Part shown: positions 12,535 to 24,205 of the stretch, piece by piece
How positions within the stretch are numbered: the stretch's first letter is position 1
Layout of the letters: every line of letters starts with the position of its first letter
From: Lepidodermella squamata
Lineage: Eukaryota > Animalia > Gastrotricha
NCBI GenBank assembly: GCA_047495785.1
Contig: JBLDXI010000074.1
Location: 868,001-932,000, forward strand
Direction of reading: 5' to 3'
DNA length: 64,000 bases
Translations under genes and position numbers: made by a program
The notes under the pieces: model-generated
What the model saw: only the letters and a program-made list of their open reading frames with translations
Told to the model about the DNA's origin: nothing
Database searches by the model: none

Positions 12535-14436
12535 TTATGAAACTGGCACAGCCATGGCTCTTTCTTGGCACAGAACTTCGTATTCTTTGACAGCGTGTTC
12601 GACGCCGTCGTAGGGTATGTAAGCGTAGCCGCCGCCGACTTCTTCGTCGTAGAGCGCGCCCTTGTGCTCGACTTTGCCGCCGTGGGTTCCGTGAACATCG
12701 GCATTCGGCTTGCCTCGAGCGATGTAAAACACGCCGCCAGTTGCCGCATCGTAACCAGCTTTCACCGCTCCCTATAGCAAAAAATTGAAGAAGAACATTT
12801 CAGTTTTCAAGAATTCAAAGGTTATAATAGGTAACTGTCTCTCACTATGGGCAGCAAGAAAACCTTTTCTCAATTTTACTGAATTTGAAAACGAATAAAT
12901 CTTTGCACCTCTGAGATCCAGGAATCAGCGGCAGTTTAGCCACTCACTGGGAAAACCCTCAAGCTATGGAATTTACGAAAGTTTGGTAAAAAAAATAATT
13001 GAATTGTTGTCCCCAATGAAATAACACTAAAATCGAAGATTTCAGGAGTTGAAGTGCGCCTGAAGATCCGAAATTCAGAGAATGCTTAGGTATTCCTCCT
13101 AATATATAGCGATTGATGAATCATCAACATAACCACCAAACCTTGGAGCTTGGGGCCAGAGCGTGAACTTATGAACTCCTGTAATTTAGGCGTTCTTTCA
13201 GTGTCCTTGAAAAGGAATCTGCCAATTCTTTTGATTGAGGTGCAAATCTTCGCAATGCTTCAACAGATCTTCGAAATCAATTTCTGACGATCGTATCGTG
13301 AATATTTTCTAGAATTTTGTAGAAATATTTTCATTTTGCCCTCTCGAGCTACTGATATCGGTAAAATAATTGATTTGTAAAATCGACACACGGAATCGAT
13401 ATCGGATCTCGTAAATTGATGGCACGATGTCACATAATCATGAGATCCAAGGGGGTTCAGCAAAGCGAAATTATGAAGCCATTATTTACCAACCTCTGAA
13501 TGTAAAAGGCTAAATAAACGATGGATTACGCTTGCTATTGAAGGAAAAACTTAGATTCAAATATGTTCAACTCGATAAGAATATATCAGAGATGTCTAGG
13601 GTGGATCCTAGAATTAGGAACTGGACCCTTACATTGAAGGTGTCCGATTCTCGCTGCATCCATTTCGAACCTATTTCATCCGAAATATAGATCCTGAGAG
13701 CTATTCAATTTCCAAGTCATGTGGATTCCGATCAAGAGGCATAATGAAATCGGGATTTAAATCGCAAATTTAAATCAAGGAAACTTTGAAAGACATGAAA
13801 GTGCCATTTTTAAAATGAAAATTTTTTGGAAATTGGGAAAATAACTTTGCCCGATTGTCATCAATCATTTAACCAGTTTCAATTCGACTAAATTCAAATT
13901 CCATCAAAAATGTTCCGACTTTAACCCTAAATTTAACTCCAAAAAAGCTTAATCATCAACTTGATAAAACTGTCAGCCTTTTTTTCTTTCAAACCGCAAA
14001 AAAACAAATGAAGGATTAATTTTGTCCATACCTGAGGTGTATGGCCGTTTTTCGAATGAGCCCAGTGCAGGATGCAGACGTCAGGCCGGTTATTAACGAG
14101 GACCTCGTACTCGTTAACACTCAACACCTGGCTATTTTGGCCGACGTAGCAGCACTTGTGGCTGGGTATAATCGTGCCAGGTACGATGTCGGTGCTCGGA
14201 AAATGCACACGGCCTATGTACATGGTCTCGCCGCCCTGCCCGCCGAAATGGCCGACTACAACCGCGTTGTTCGGCACGTGACCGTCACGCTCTGGCACCC
14301 AACGCAGACCATCGTGTTGCGCGAGGGTGTTGCGCCGAATCAAGGCATACGCCACAGCTCCATTCCTAGTAGGTAATAATTTCGAAATTCGGAAACATTG
14401 AAATTTTCACATTAGGCTATAAGCAAAATCTTACAT
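12535..14436 (-). CDS. DM9-repeat protein, copy 4 (3 exons; probable intron-split start codon)
   Basis: AT|G NGAVAYALIR..LRWVPERDGHVPNNAV..MYIGRV..YEVLV..HTPQ|GAVKAGYD..YIARG..GGKV..YIPYDGVEH..YEVLC. Confidence 0.85.
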
Positions 14437-15989
14437 TTTTTTCACACGCGACTAATTATGGTAGGTGATAATAATAAAGGTGTGAAGGAAGCGTGATTTT
14501 TTACACCCCGCTCCGGTTCTATTCACTCAGCGATGCGTGACCGCATGAATCGAGTGGCATTTTTTGTATACCGATTATTATTCCACTGATAGAGCAGCTG
14601 CTGTAGGCATAAAAATGTGATCGCGCTTATAACGACTAGGTATTTTGCCCTGAAATACCCACTGCATGATGTGAATTCAAGTGTGTTTATTATTCATCGG
14701 TTTCGCGGCTTTACACCTTGGCAACGCACTCGGCCACACCTATTTTGTAAACAGAACGCGATTGACCCAATTTTATGCCTCAAATTTGATAATTCTGCTG
14801 CGAATTGCAAACGCAAAATTGAGAAAAATATGACAAATTTGCATGAGATTGAAATTAGGCGTGAACAGCCTAAATTTAGAGTTCCCGATAGCGCTGAGAG
14901 TACTGCTTCGCTTTTTACTAGTCGAGTTCACTTATTTTCTTTCGAATCTTATTTTTTCAATTTCAAGCAATTTTAATATAACTCATTATTACGCGTAATT
15001 TTTGCTATCGGAAGTTAGTTAACATTTCAGCCTGCAGAGCCGATATCAATTCCAAGTATCGATTTAACAAATCAGTGATTTTTCGAAATCAGCAGTCAAA
15101 GAGGCCGACATAGGCTCTGCACGGGAACTAGATTGCTGAAATACAAAAGCTTTAGGTAATAAAATATTTAAAACAAGAGTGAAAAGCAATTGCGCCTCAA
15201 CTTCATCAGTTATTTGGGCGACATTTTACAAATTTAATAATTAAATAATTTTAAATTTCAATAGGTATCAGAAATTCGAAGGGGTCAAAATATTTCCACA
15301 AATAAAAATGAGGTTCCAGCACTAAATTTAAGCGTCCTGACATTTTTAGAAATTTTTAGATTCTTTGCGATTTCGGCGTTTTCGGTTTTCGATCGATCCT
15401 GATGCCCTGATCCGAGGATTTTATATTTTAGCTACATCTTTTACATAGTTTAGCCGGTTCCAAGACGGCTGATATCGGTAAAATCACTGATTTGTAAAAT
15501 CGATATCGGCCTTAAGAATGAAGTATATAATTCGTAAGTCGTAAGCTGACCGCTCATAGCGCGAAATACGCGCAGTAATATTGGTCTATCGTCTATCGGC
15601 ATAATAACAAAAAAGTTCAGATTCTAGTGGAGACTAGTAATTCAAAAACCCATATTTAGGGGAAAACTATTAGTGCTGGAGTCTCAAATGTAGCGCTGGA
15701 ACCCTAAATTTGGGGTGCGCACTTGGCTCACCCAATTTGAAGTCAATAAAAGATTCTTCAATGACTATCAACGCCGATTTATTTATAATTTCACAGATAT
15801 GCACGCCCCTTTTTGCTTTTATTATTCCCTGGTTCCGGTTGGTTGATTCGCCCTACACAGGAATTAGGGGTTGGACGGCTAATAGGAAAGAATCGCCAAT
15901 AAAACATCGGACAATTATTCGGGTGAAATTAAAAAGGACAAAAAGGTGATTTCACGCTTGAATAATCAGGTCAAGCTATTTTCCAGGGT

Positions 15990-16709
15990 TCAAGATTTGT
16001 CGACCAGAACTTCGTAATCTAATTTTGAAAGATTTTTTAATGCATAATTTTTCCAAATTTTCCGAAAAAACTTACGAGCGCATTGGACTTCAGTTCCGTT
16101 GTAAGCAATGTAGACACATTCGTGAGAAGGGTGCAACTTGCCGCCAACCCAAGCATGACGGTCGTTGGGCGGATGAGCCCGGGCGACGTACAAGTCCTCA
16201 CCAGTTGCAGTCACCTTACCTCCGACTACGGCACCTTCTGGAATCTTTCCATCTTGAGATGCAACCCATTCCAAGTAATCGGTTCTGCTGTCGGAAACCA
16301 ACACTTCGTACCGGGTCAGTCCCTAAAAATCGAACAATTAATTTAAGAAATTATTAAAAATCGAATTTCTACTAAATATTATTTGACAATTCATAACATT
16401 TCAAAAATTCAAATTTGGGATGCAATTTAAGTGCCAATGCAATTTCAATGACGAAGAAATTTCCTACGTCTTCTCGGTTGTTGCACCCAACGAAGCAGGC
16501 GCCTTGAGAGGGTACGACACTGCCCGGGACGAGATCACCATCGATGTAACCCCGGCCGATGTACAACGTCTCGCCCGTACACGATTCGCCGACCTCTAAC
16601 GCATTGCGAGGCGTTTCGCCATTAACTGCTTCCTCCCACCTAAGAACAAAAATGTTAGCCAATTGACAGAACTCTAACAATTTGTAAGAGATACATACCA
16701 TAGAGACAT
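15990..16709 (-). CDS. DM9-repeat protein, copy 5 (4 exons)
   Basis: MSLW|WEEAVNGETPRNALEVG..LYIGRG..PGSVVPS..|..YEVLV..LEWV..LYVARA..GGKLHPSH..YNGTE..|YEVLVDKS*. Confidence 0.88.
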
Positions 16710-17447
16710 GTTCAGGCTGATTGAAAGATGAAAAAGAAGTTTACTTTAAAGCGAGTCTTGCCTTTTTTGCCATTTGCCTATACCTGAAGGCTATGCGTCA
16801 TCAGCTCGGTGCGATGGCCTGGGGACGGCTAAAAAAGCTGATCATTTGCGTGTAAATTGCACATTGAAACTTAATAGGTATGACGCGCCTAATTATTTGC
16901 TAATATCTATGACGGGGATTCGAGCATCATTATAAAAATGTGGGTCAGGCGATTTTCTTTTCATTGCAGCTTTAAAAATGCTAGGTATGTGGTATGTATA
17001 AGTAAAATCGGATAAAAAATGCGTTCTTGTTTGTAATTATTTTTCAGTTGAAGATCAGAAAAATCAGAAAAATCAGGGAAAATTGGGTGCCCACTTCTAT
17101 TTTTATTCGTAACATTCGCGAAAAATATGACCGCAATTTATATTTTCAATTTTCAAACCTCATCAAGCCGGATTTCATTCACGTTTGGATCTGGTTAGTT
17201 GAAGGATGATGCGTAGATGTCTGTTTTTAGCATGAAAGTCTTAAGAATTGATTCTGAAGTTCGATTATTTCATCCTACGATCCACCAATCCGCGCCCGAC
17301 TGTAGTAAACGAGAGTAATGGGGTAACGAGTAATTGATAGACTGGAGTATTTGAGATGTTTCAATATCGCCACTCTGGAGACCCAGGGGTTGGAAACACA
17401 GTGCGGTAGATCCCCGCATTTGGAAACGCCCGCATCGAGAGTAACTG

Positions 17448-18335
17448 ATGTCACGCTTGGCTGATCCGGCAAGTCGATGGCTGGCCTACGTATGGAACAA
17501 TGGCTCAACTATTCGGATTTTCGATGGACGTGCAACTGGACCCGACTCAGCGCCCTCTATCAGCTCTCTGAGCCCAGCATTCGCCGCAGTTTCAGTCCGT
17601 TTCTACGTTGACAACTTCAACTCTCAGCCCATCGGAAGATTCAGCGTTAAAGGATGTAGCTACGTCAATGACATGGGATTTGCTGGCTCTGGCTTTTCCG
17701 TTCGTCTCGCAAATTCTACGCCAGCTACAGCAGCTGATGTTTCAAATCTACCAAAATTCGCTGCGGATGTGGAAGCTGTTCCGTATCGATCTCGGGTTCT
17801 TCTTACATCCTACCCAGGGAACTCAAGCCGCTATTTGGTTGTTACGGCTAAGAGTCCTGATTTCTTGTTGTGTCAAGTCAGTGTTGGCTACGACGGAGCA
17901 ACAAATTTCGCCCTATGGAAATCAGTTACTTCGTCCAGTTTCAATCAAACGGCCAATTCTGCTTTAACAATTGGTGATTCAGTGACAGACCCAATCGGCC
18001 CACAACCTGCCACTTCTGGCTTGTATTTTCAAGTTGATCTCGGCTCTTCTTTCCCAACAATTTCAAAAATCGTCCTAACCCTGTCTGCTAGCAGCGGGTG
18101 GATAAATTATGCCAACCCTGTCGGGTTCAGGCTGACCATCCGTGTCGGCGATGCTTTAGCTCCAAATCCTCAGAAAAACGAAATCTGTGATTTCTACGAT
18201 GGGTATCGCATTCCGAATTTGGTTGCTGGACAATCGATCGAGTTGTATTGCACACCACCGTTGGGTGGACGCTACGTCACGGTCGAGAAGATCGGCCAAA
18301 TCCAGATTATTTTCACCGAAATTCGCATATTTTAA
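17448..18335 (+). CDS. Protein with C-terminal F-type lectin / F5-8 type C-like domain; 5' end uncertain
   Basis: YFQVDLG..ISKIVL..LTIRVGD....NEIC..IELYC.PPLGGRYVTV..IIFTEIRIF is the typical fucolectin/discoidin pattern. No clear signal peptide in the ORF. Confidence 0.6.
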   Translation: MSRLADPASRWLAYVWNNGSTIRIFDGRATGPDSAPSISSLSPAFAAVSVRFYVDNFNSQPIGRFSVKGCSYVNDMGFAGSGFSVRLANSTPATAADVSNLPKFAADVEAVPYRSRVLLTSYPGNSSRYLVVTAKSPDFLLCQVSVGYDGATNFALWKSVTSSSFNQTANSALTIGDSVTDPIGPQPATSGLYFQVDLGSSFPTISKIVLTLSASSGWINYANPVGFRLTIRVGDALAPNPQKNEICDFYDGYRIPNLVAGQSIELYCTPPLGGRYVTVEKIGQIQIIFTEIRIF

Positions 18336-18770
18336 CAAAATAATTCTACATGGTAGGATCGCCAAAACAGTTGGATTTGATAAAAGCTCTCTTAATTTTG
18401 AACGCAAGCAAAGCACTTGTACTTAATATGCACATCTCAAATAGTTATTTGTGATAATCAAAATATATAAGATCATTTTTTCATCATGGTCTATCAGTTT
18501 ATAACGCCTCTTCACTCGCTGCTTCTGTTTTTTCTGGGATTTGAAATAAAAGTAAGAATCCACTCTCGGTTAATCCAGCTTCTCTGTATGCAAGTCGAAT
18601 GCTCTTCTGATCATTCGCTCATTGTTTCTTACCGTCCTATATGAATCCCTAGATGAATTCACGGTCTGTTAATTCGGCCGATATTTTTGTTCATCACTTA
18701 AAAACAGGCAATGCCACTTTAATTGTAGAACACGTATGAATCGATCCTTTATTATTGGAAATATTCAACA

Positions 18771-20578
18771 TTATTCAACAAATTGACTCTCAGCCGAATC
18801 AACAATTTCCTCGTCCCCTTGCGTTTTCTTTTTCGGTTTACGGGTAGTCTTGGGGTTCGAAGGTTTACGAGTCGTTTTGCCACCAGATGGCCTTTGAGTC
18901 GCCTTTCTCGTCGTTCTCCCGCCATTCGGCTTACGAGTCGTGCCCGGCTTGCGAGTAGTTTTGCCTCCGCTGGGTTTCTTCGTCGTCTTACCGTTGCCAG
19001 GCAGCTTGCATGTCACCCCTGCCGCTCGAGTACAGGGCGGCTGGTCCTTCACCGACTTCCTAAATCGCCTTAGCTCCTGCCACATCAGCGTGATCACAGA
19101 TCGAGCGACGATTCCGAGCTCCTTTTCTACGACTTCATTGAACGAGCTAACCACCTTCAAGGCATACTTTTGCTTGTCATTGATCGCGACATCCGGAGTA
19201 CTGGGAATGAAGTACCTGAAAAATTAAACCAATTAATTAAAAAACGTTTTAAATTTGAATAAAGCTTTCATCTTTCTACATGGTTCGTAAGGCTCTAAAT
19301 AGTCAGTTTCCAAGGGTTCTAAAAGTTCCAAAGGTTCCAAAGGTTCCGAAAGTTCAAAAGGTTCCAAAGGTCATAAAGGTTCCAAAGATTCTAAAGGTTC
19401 TGAAGGTTCAAAATAATCAGGCTCCAAAGGTTCCAAATATTCTCATATCGAGCTTTAACGCCTGATTTCACATTTTCAACGTTTGGTCTGTTTACAGGCC
19501 TCTATCTTGTGAACTTCGCTATTTTCCTGCCAGCTATTACGAGCCCTCTTTCAAACATCTACCAAGCCACGAAAATCTAAACATTGAAAGATTCGAGCTT
19601 GCGAAGCTTTTAATATAAGTTAAACCAACTTTTTAAACTACCTCGAGGATCCTAATTGGATTAACAGGACTTGTTTCGCCTGGTTTATTTCCCCATTTCA
19701 TGCCAAAAGGGCCTAAGGACCTGTGGTTTTTGGGTTTCCCACCTTGGGCCTTGCGAGCTGGAAGTACGATGCCCCCATTTCCCCGGTACTTCGCGCCCTG
19801 ATTCCAGCCCACTGATGTAACTATTTCGGAATTTCGAAGTAAAATAAAAGAGTAAGTTTTACCAGGTGATGTAAGACTCGCGAGCATTACCAGCTGCATC
19901 TGCAGCATTGCCGTAGATGTCGATCAGCTTGTTCTCCTTGGTGCAAATCTTCTGCAGAATCTCAAACTTCCTCGCGTCATCCGTGATGCCCTTGTTCACA
20001 AAGCCAACGCCCTTGCCATTGAGAATGTGCGTCAGCCCAGCATTGTCGTTGCCACGTACCATGAACATCTCGTCATTGAACGCATTCTCCCGCTCCCACC
20101 TCCGCTTAACTTCGTCCGAAGCTGGGTTCTTCAAATTCTTCCGCCGCGTCGCATACTGCCCCTGAATCACCTGCGTAACCGCAAACCGATTCTCGCCGTA
20201 CTGGGCTATCAACTCATCGACAAGTTCCTTCCGCAATTGGGCATCGGTTTTGGCGCCGGCTTTCCAAGTGTTGTCAGCAGCATCTGGCAAGAAGCCGTCT
20301 TCTGTTTCGTCGGTCGAGTTATCGTCGACATCGATACCTTCGTCGATTGAAGATTCGTCCCAATACTCATCGCCTTCACCTTCGCCGTCCGAATCTGAAG
20401 TTTCGTCGTGTGTTTCTTCTGTGGGTTCTTCGCCATCGTCGAAACCTTCATCGGTCAACTCTGCCTCGGCGTTGGTTTGATCAGACAGCGGATGTTCTTC
20501 TTGATCAGTTTCGACATTGGCATCTTCGAAACTCGCGACAAGTGAGATGAATAGCAGAAGTAAGAAACAAGCTCTCAT
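18771..20578 (-). CDS. Secreted 386-aa protein: acidic N-region, putative BECR-fold RNase-toxin-like core, basic KTTRKP-repeat tail (exons 19863-20578, 18771-19215)
   Basis: Signal MRACFLLLLFISLVAS; splice TG|G joins the two ORFs in frame (ESYITW-YFIPS); motif VRGNDNAGLTHIL..FVNKGI. The gene model is more secure than the toxin call. Confidence 0.75.
19308..19437. repeat. Degenerate 9-bp tandem repeat (CCAAAGGTT)n, intronic
   Basis: Repeated ccaaaggtt-like units inside intron 19216-19862. Confidence 0.8.
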
Positions 20579-21858
20579 GATGGTTTACTCGAGCAGCGAA
20601 ATTGATCGACTGAATGAGTAAATGGCTTAGGTTTCAGCTTTAACGACTGGTCACACTTTCGTCACCTGTTAGGTGTAATCGATCAAGGAGCGCGTGCCTT
20701 TTAATGCCTTTGAAATTCTGGCGCCCAATTATGCAATTTGGTGCATGGTACATTTGGCAGTGGATTAAAACTCGGCCGATTAATAACTTGAAATATTTTG
20801 AATAATTAGCAAAACTTGTATGCCAACGCAGGACTTCAGAGTGATTTAATTGGAATTTCTTAGATTTTCGACTGGATGGTCTCTAAATTTTTCTTGAAAA
20901 CGCACTAAATCGTGTCTCTTGAGCAGCGCGACAATTTTTTAATTTCGCATTTTTTGTAGGAAATTCACCTGATTTTTATATTAAAACTGCCGGGAGAACC
21001 TTCTATCATTTATCCACTATTTTTCCGAAAAATGAAATGAATTTATCGGAGAAAACCCGAAAAATCCTGATGGTAACTGGTTCGGTAATTTTCGGTATTT
21101 TTCCCAGTTGCACCAAATTTCCCCGAAATTTTGCAATCCCATTGCCAAGTGAAATGCGTCATTGATATTATTTTTGAATTTTGATTTTTCGCCATGACAT
21201 GTCTAACTTCGTCTCTAATTTTAGAGTTTCTGTTTCCTCGTCCGTGTATTTTGTTTGTTTGCGTTACTTTTGGGACACGCGAAATAAAAATTATAAAATT
21301 TCCGCTACGTGCAGAATAATCGGCAAAAAATGAGAAAAAATGATCAAAGCATCTACGCAACGCTCAACACGCCTTAGCTCAATATTCCATTAAAACTAAA
21401 TTAAATTCAATTAAAATTATTTCAAAAGGATTCCTTTCCTTTTTTAACTTTTTGAAGCCTCAGAGCTTCTGAAGAATGCTGCTAGGTACCGAGACAGGCA
21501 GCAGTGCTGAAATATGGGAAAAATCTTGAACCTTGAAGTCGAGGGCAGAGATTTTGAGTCCTTGTACGATATTTACTAAAGTCGGATGTTATAATGGATG
21601 TCGTAGTCAGCGGTCATTGAATGCTTTCCACGAAGCCATCAAATAAAACTTTCAACGAAAGAAATTGATTTCTAACATTTCTTTATTCTTCGCTCGATTC
21701 TCGAATAGCTGTATAGATATCGCTGGATTTCATTCTTGAATTAAACTAAAATAGCATGCCTCTGTTTGCTACAATTTTAATAATCAATTATTTAAGTGTC
21801 AATTAATAAGGGAAATAAATTATAACGGGGTGTACGTTTCGTCAGATATATCTGATGC

Positions 21859-22437
21859 TCACAAGATTGTGCAAGAGCTTGACTTTTCGCAGAGAACTTC
21901 GTACTCGGTCATGGAAAATTCACGATCGTCATTCGCGTAGTACAAACACCCGTGAGATGCGTGCAACTTGCCGCCGAAAACGGCGCCATCCTCGCCACTC
22001 GGGTGGCCACGAGCTACGTAAAGCTCTTCGCCAGTCGACACCACCTTCCCACCAACAATCGCGCCTAAAATATCGGAAAAATCAAAGGAAAATATCGCAA
22101 AAAAATCAATTAAAATACCTGCGGGAACGGTTCCATCAGCAGCTGGGACCCATTCGAGTTTATCGGTATCTTTCGAGACCAGAACTTCGTAACTCGTTAA
22201 ACGGTACAAGTTGTTGTTATTGCCAACAACACAGCAATGTTCCGATGGGTAAATGATGCCTGGAACTAGGTCGCCGTCAGCGTAGCCGCGGCCAACATAC
22301 AGCTTTTCACCACTCGCCGAGTGACCGCTGACGATCGCATTATTAGGCGCTTCGCCGTTAGCCGCTTCTTCCCACCTTAAAAATTAATTAAAAATATTGG
22401 CGAGATTATTAAAATAATTTTACCAAATATCAGGCAT
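21859..22437 (-). CDS. DM9-repeat protein, copy 6, ending in a CaaX-like CTIL
   Basis: MPDIW|WEEAANGEAPNNAIVSG..LYVGRG..YEVLV..LEWVPAADGTVPA|GAIVGG..GGKLHASH..YEVLCEKSSSCTIL*. Confidence 0.88.
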
Positions 22438-22830
22438 GCTTTTTCGTTAATTTTAGCAGATGACAGGAAATAATTGACAGTAATTTTTAGTGCAGCTCGA
22501 TGAGTGATGAAAATTGCATGACCCAGACGCAATTATTACCAGTGGGTCAAGGTAATATTCGACGAGCAACTGGTGCCGCATAATGCGAGCAAGTCACGAT
22601 TATTTGAAAGGCCTTCAATAAAAAAATGAGTAAAATGAGGTCACGTTTTCATTATTACGCAATTACTGGACTGATTTGATAACAATCGCCAATGGCTGAA
22701 TATAAACGCCGCAACAGCAATTTTTTCGAATTTTCATTTTTTTTCATTTTTTTCCTGGAATTGTATTTTTGTAGGGAATTTAATTCGAACTTAGTGAACT
22801 CAGCTCAATTTTTGCTCGAAATCTCGAAAA

Positions 22831-22998
22831 ATGCCAAAGGACGACGCTGGTAACTGGACGGAAGATACGGCCCAGGCCGAGTTGGACAATTATTCCGATC
22901 AGAATAACCCGAATAACGATGAGTACGCCGGTGGCCACGCCGATGCCCACAACCCAACCAGCGAAGACTTCGGCACCTGTGACAAATGTGACAAATGA
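22831..22998 (+). CDS. 55-aa acidic microprotein with NPNN motif (below the ORF-track cutoff)
   Basis: MPKDDAGNWTEDTAQAELDNYSDQNNPNNDEYAGGHADAHNPTSEDFGTCDKCDK*; homologous to 23219-23467; AAAA context before ATG; TATAAA at ~22701. Confidence 0.75.
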   Translation: MPKDDAGNWTEDTAQAELDNYSDQNNPNNDEYAGGHADAHNPTSEDFGTCDKCDK

Positions 22999-23218
22999 GT
23001 GCAACAGCAAAATTCGAGACTCAACAAATGACTTCCAAGCCAGACACAGTTTTGTTACTGATTTTTGTAAAAAAAAATTCATGAGGTGTGAAATAAATAA
23101 GTTGCATTGAAAATTGTGATCTATATTCGAAATGTTATTTGCGTGAATTTTATACCATTTTTGATAACTTCTTTTTGTAGACTTCTTTTTTATTTTTTTC
23201 CGATTCATCTGAATAATT

Positions 23219-23467
23219 ATGCCGAAAGGTGGTGGTGGAGGCGGAGGAAAAGGCGGTGGTCATGGTTCCGGCGCCGGGCATCATTCTGGAGGCGGTGGCG
23301 GCGGTAGTAAAGGCGGCGCCTCATCGCACCAAGCTGCAATGAACAACTACAGCAATCAACTGAATCCCAACAACGCCGAGTTTAGCGGTGCCCATGCCAA
23401 TGCTCACAATCCCAACAGTGCGAATTATGGTGGGTGCCAACAGCACTCGGGCGGTGGCGCCAATTGA
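23219..23467 (+). CDS. 82-aa Gly-rich protein with NQLNPNN motif
   Basis: MPKGGGG..AAMNNYSNQLNPNNAEFSGAHANAHNPNSANYGGC; AATAAA at ~23559. Confidence 0.8.
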   Translation: MPKGGGGGGGKGGGHGSGAGHHSGGGGGGSKGGASSHQAAMNNYSNQLNPNNAEFSGAHANAHNPNSANYGGCQQHSGGGAN

Positions 23468-24205
23468 AAAGACGGCGCACTAATGACTCGATGCAACTGA
23501 TTTGCCAAACAACTTTCATCTTTTCACCCATTTTCATACTGAATTTCAAAAATATGAAAATAAAACGTGTATAATGTGCGCATGAAATAATTGACTGATC
23601 ATCTGTGATGGGTGATAATATTGCCGGAAATGGAAATTTTTCGAAATTTTAATATTTTCGCAACTAAAATTAGGGTTCTAGCGCTGAATTTTTGGAATTA
23701 AGTTTTCGATTTTGTCGATCTAGATTGATGTTGAACCTTGACCCTATTTTTTATTTCAGCCACCCTATCTATACTCTCAGCTGTGTATAGCTCTCCCATA
23801 TTGTGTACATGGAAGCTTCCTAGATAGGCTCGAAAAATCACTGATTTGTAAAATCGATAATAGAAATCGATATCGTCTCTGCAACCCCAATTTAAGGTTG
23901 ATACTTGGCATAATGTGATTTCGACGGTTTTTCACGGGCAAAATGTCTGCTTTTTTGCCAATTCGACGCCTATTTTCAACAAATTCTAGCTTTATTGCAT
24001 CCAATATCATCATCAGGCTCATTATCACAAAAATTCATAATACAATAATATTGTTAATAATATCCAGGTAAATAATTGTCTAAATAATAATTATAATAAT
24101 ATATAAATAGTAAAATTTTTGATATCAGAAGATGGTTGAAGAAACTCTGTACAGAAAACAGCTACAACACTTTTGCTTTAAGGCATACTCTTGTTGAGTG
24201 ACTCA

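Noticed and set aside
19280-19465. ORF with PKV repeats
   Set aside because: Translation of a 9-bp intronic tandem repeat.
18771-20578. Bacterial contamination explaining the toxin-like gene
   Set aside because: It has a GT-AG intron, a signal peptide and a downstream AATAAA, and is contiguous with intron-containing animal genes.
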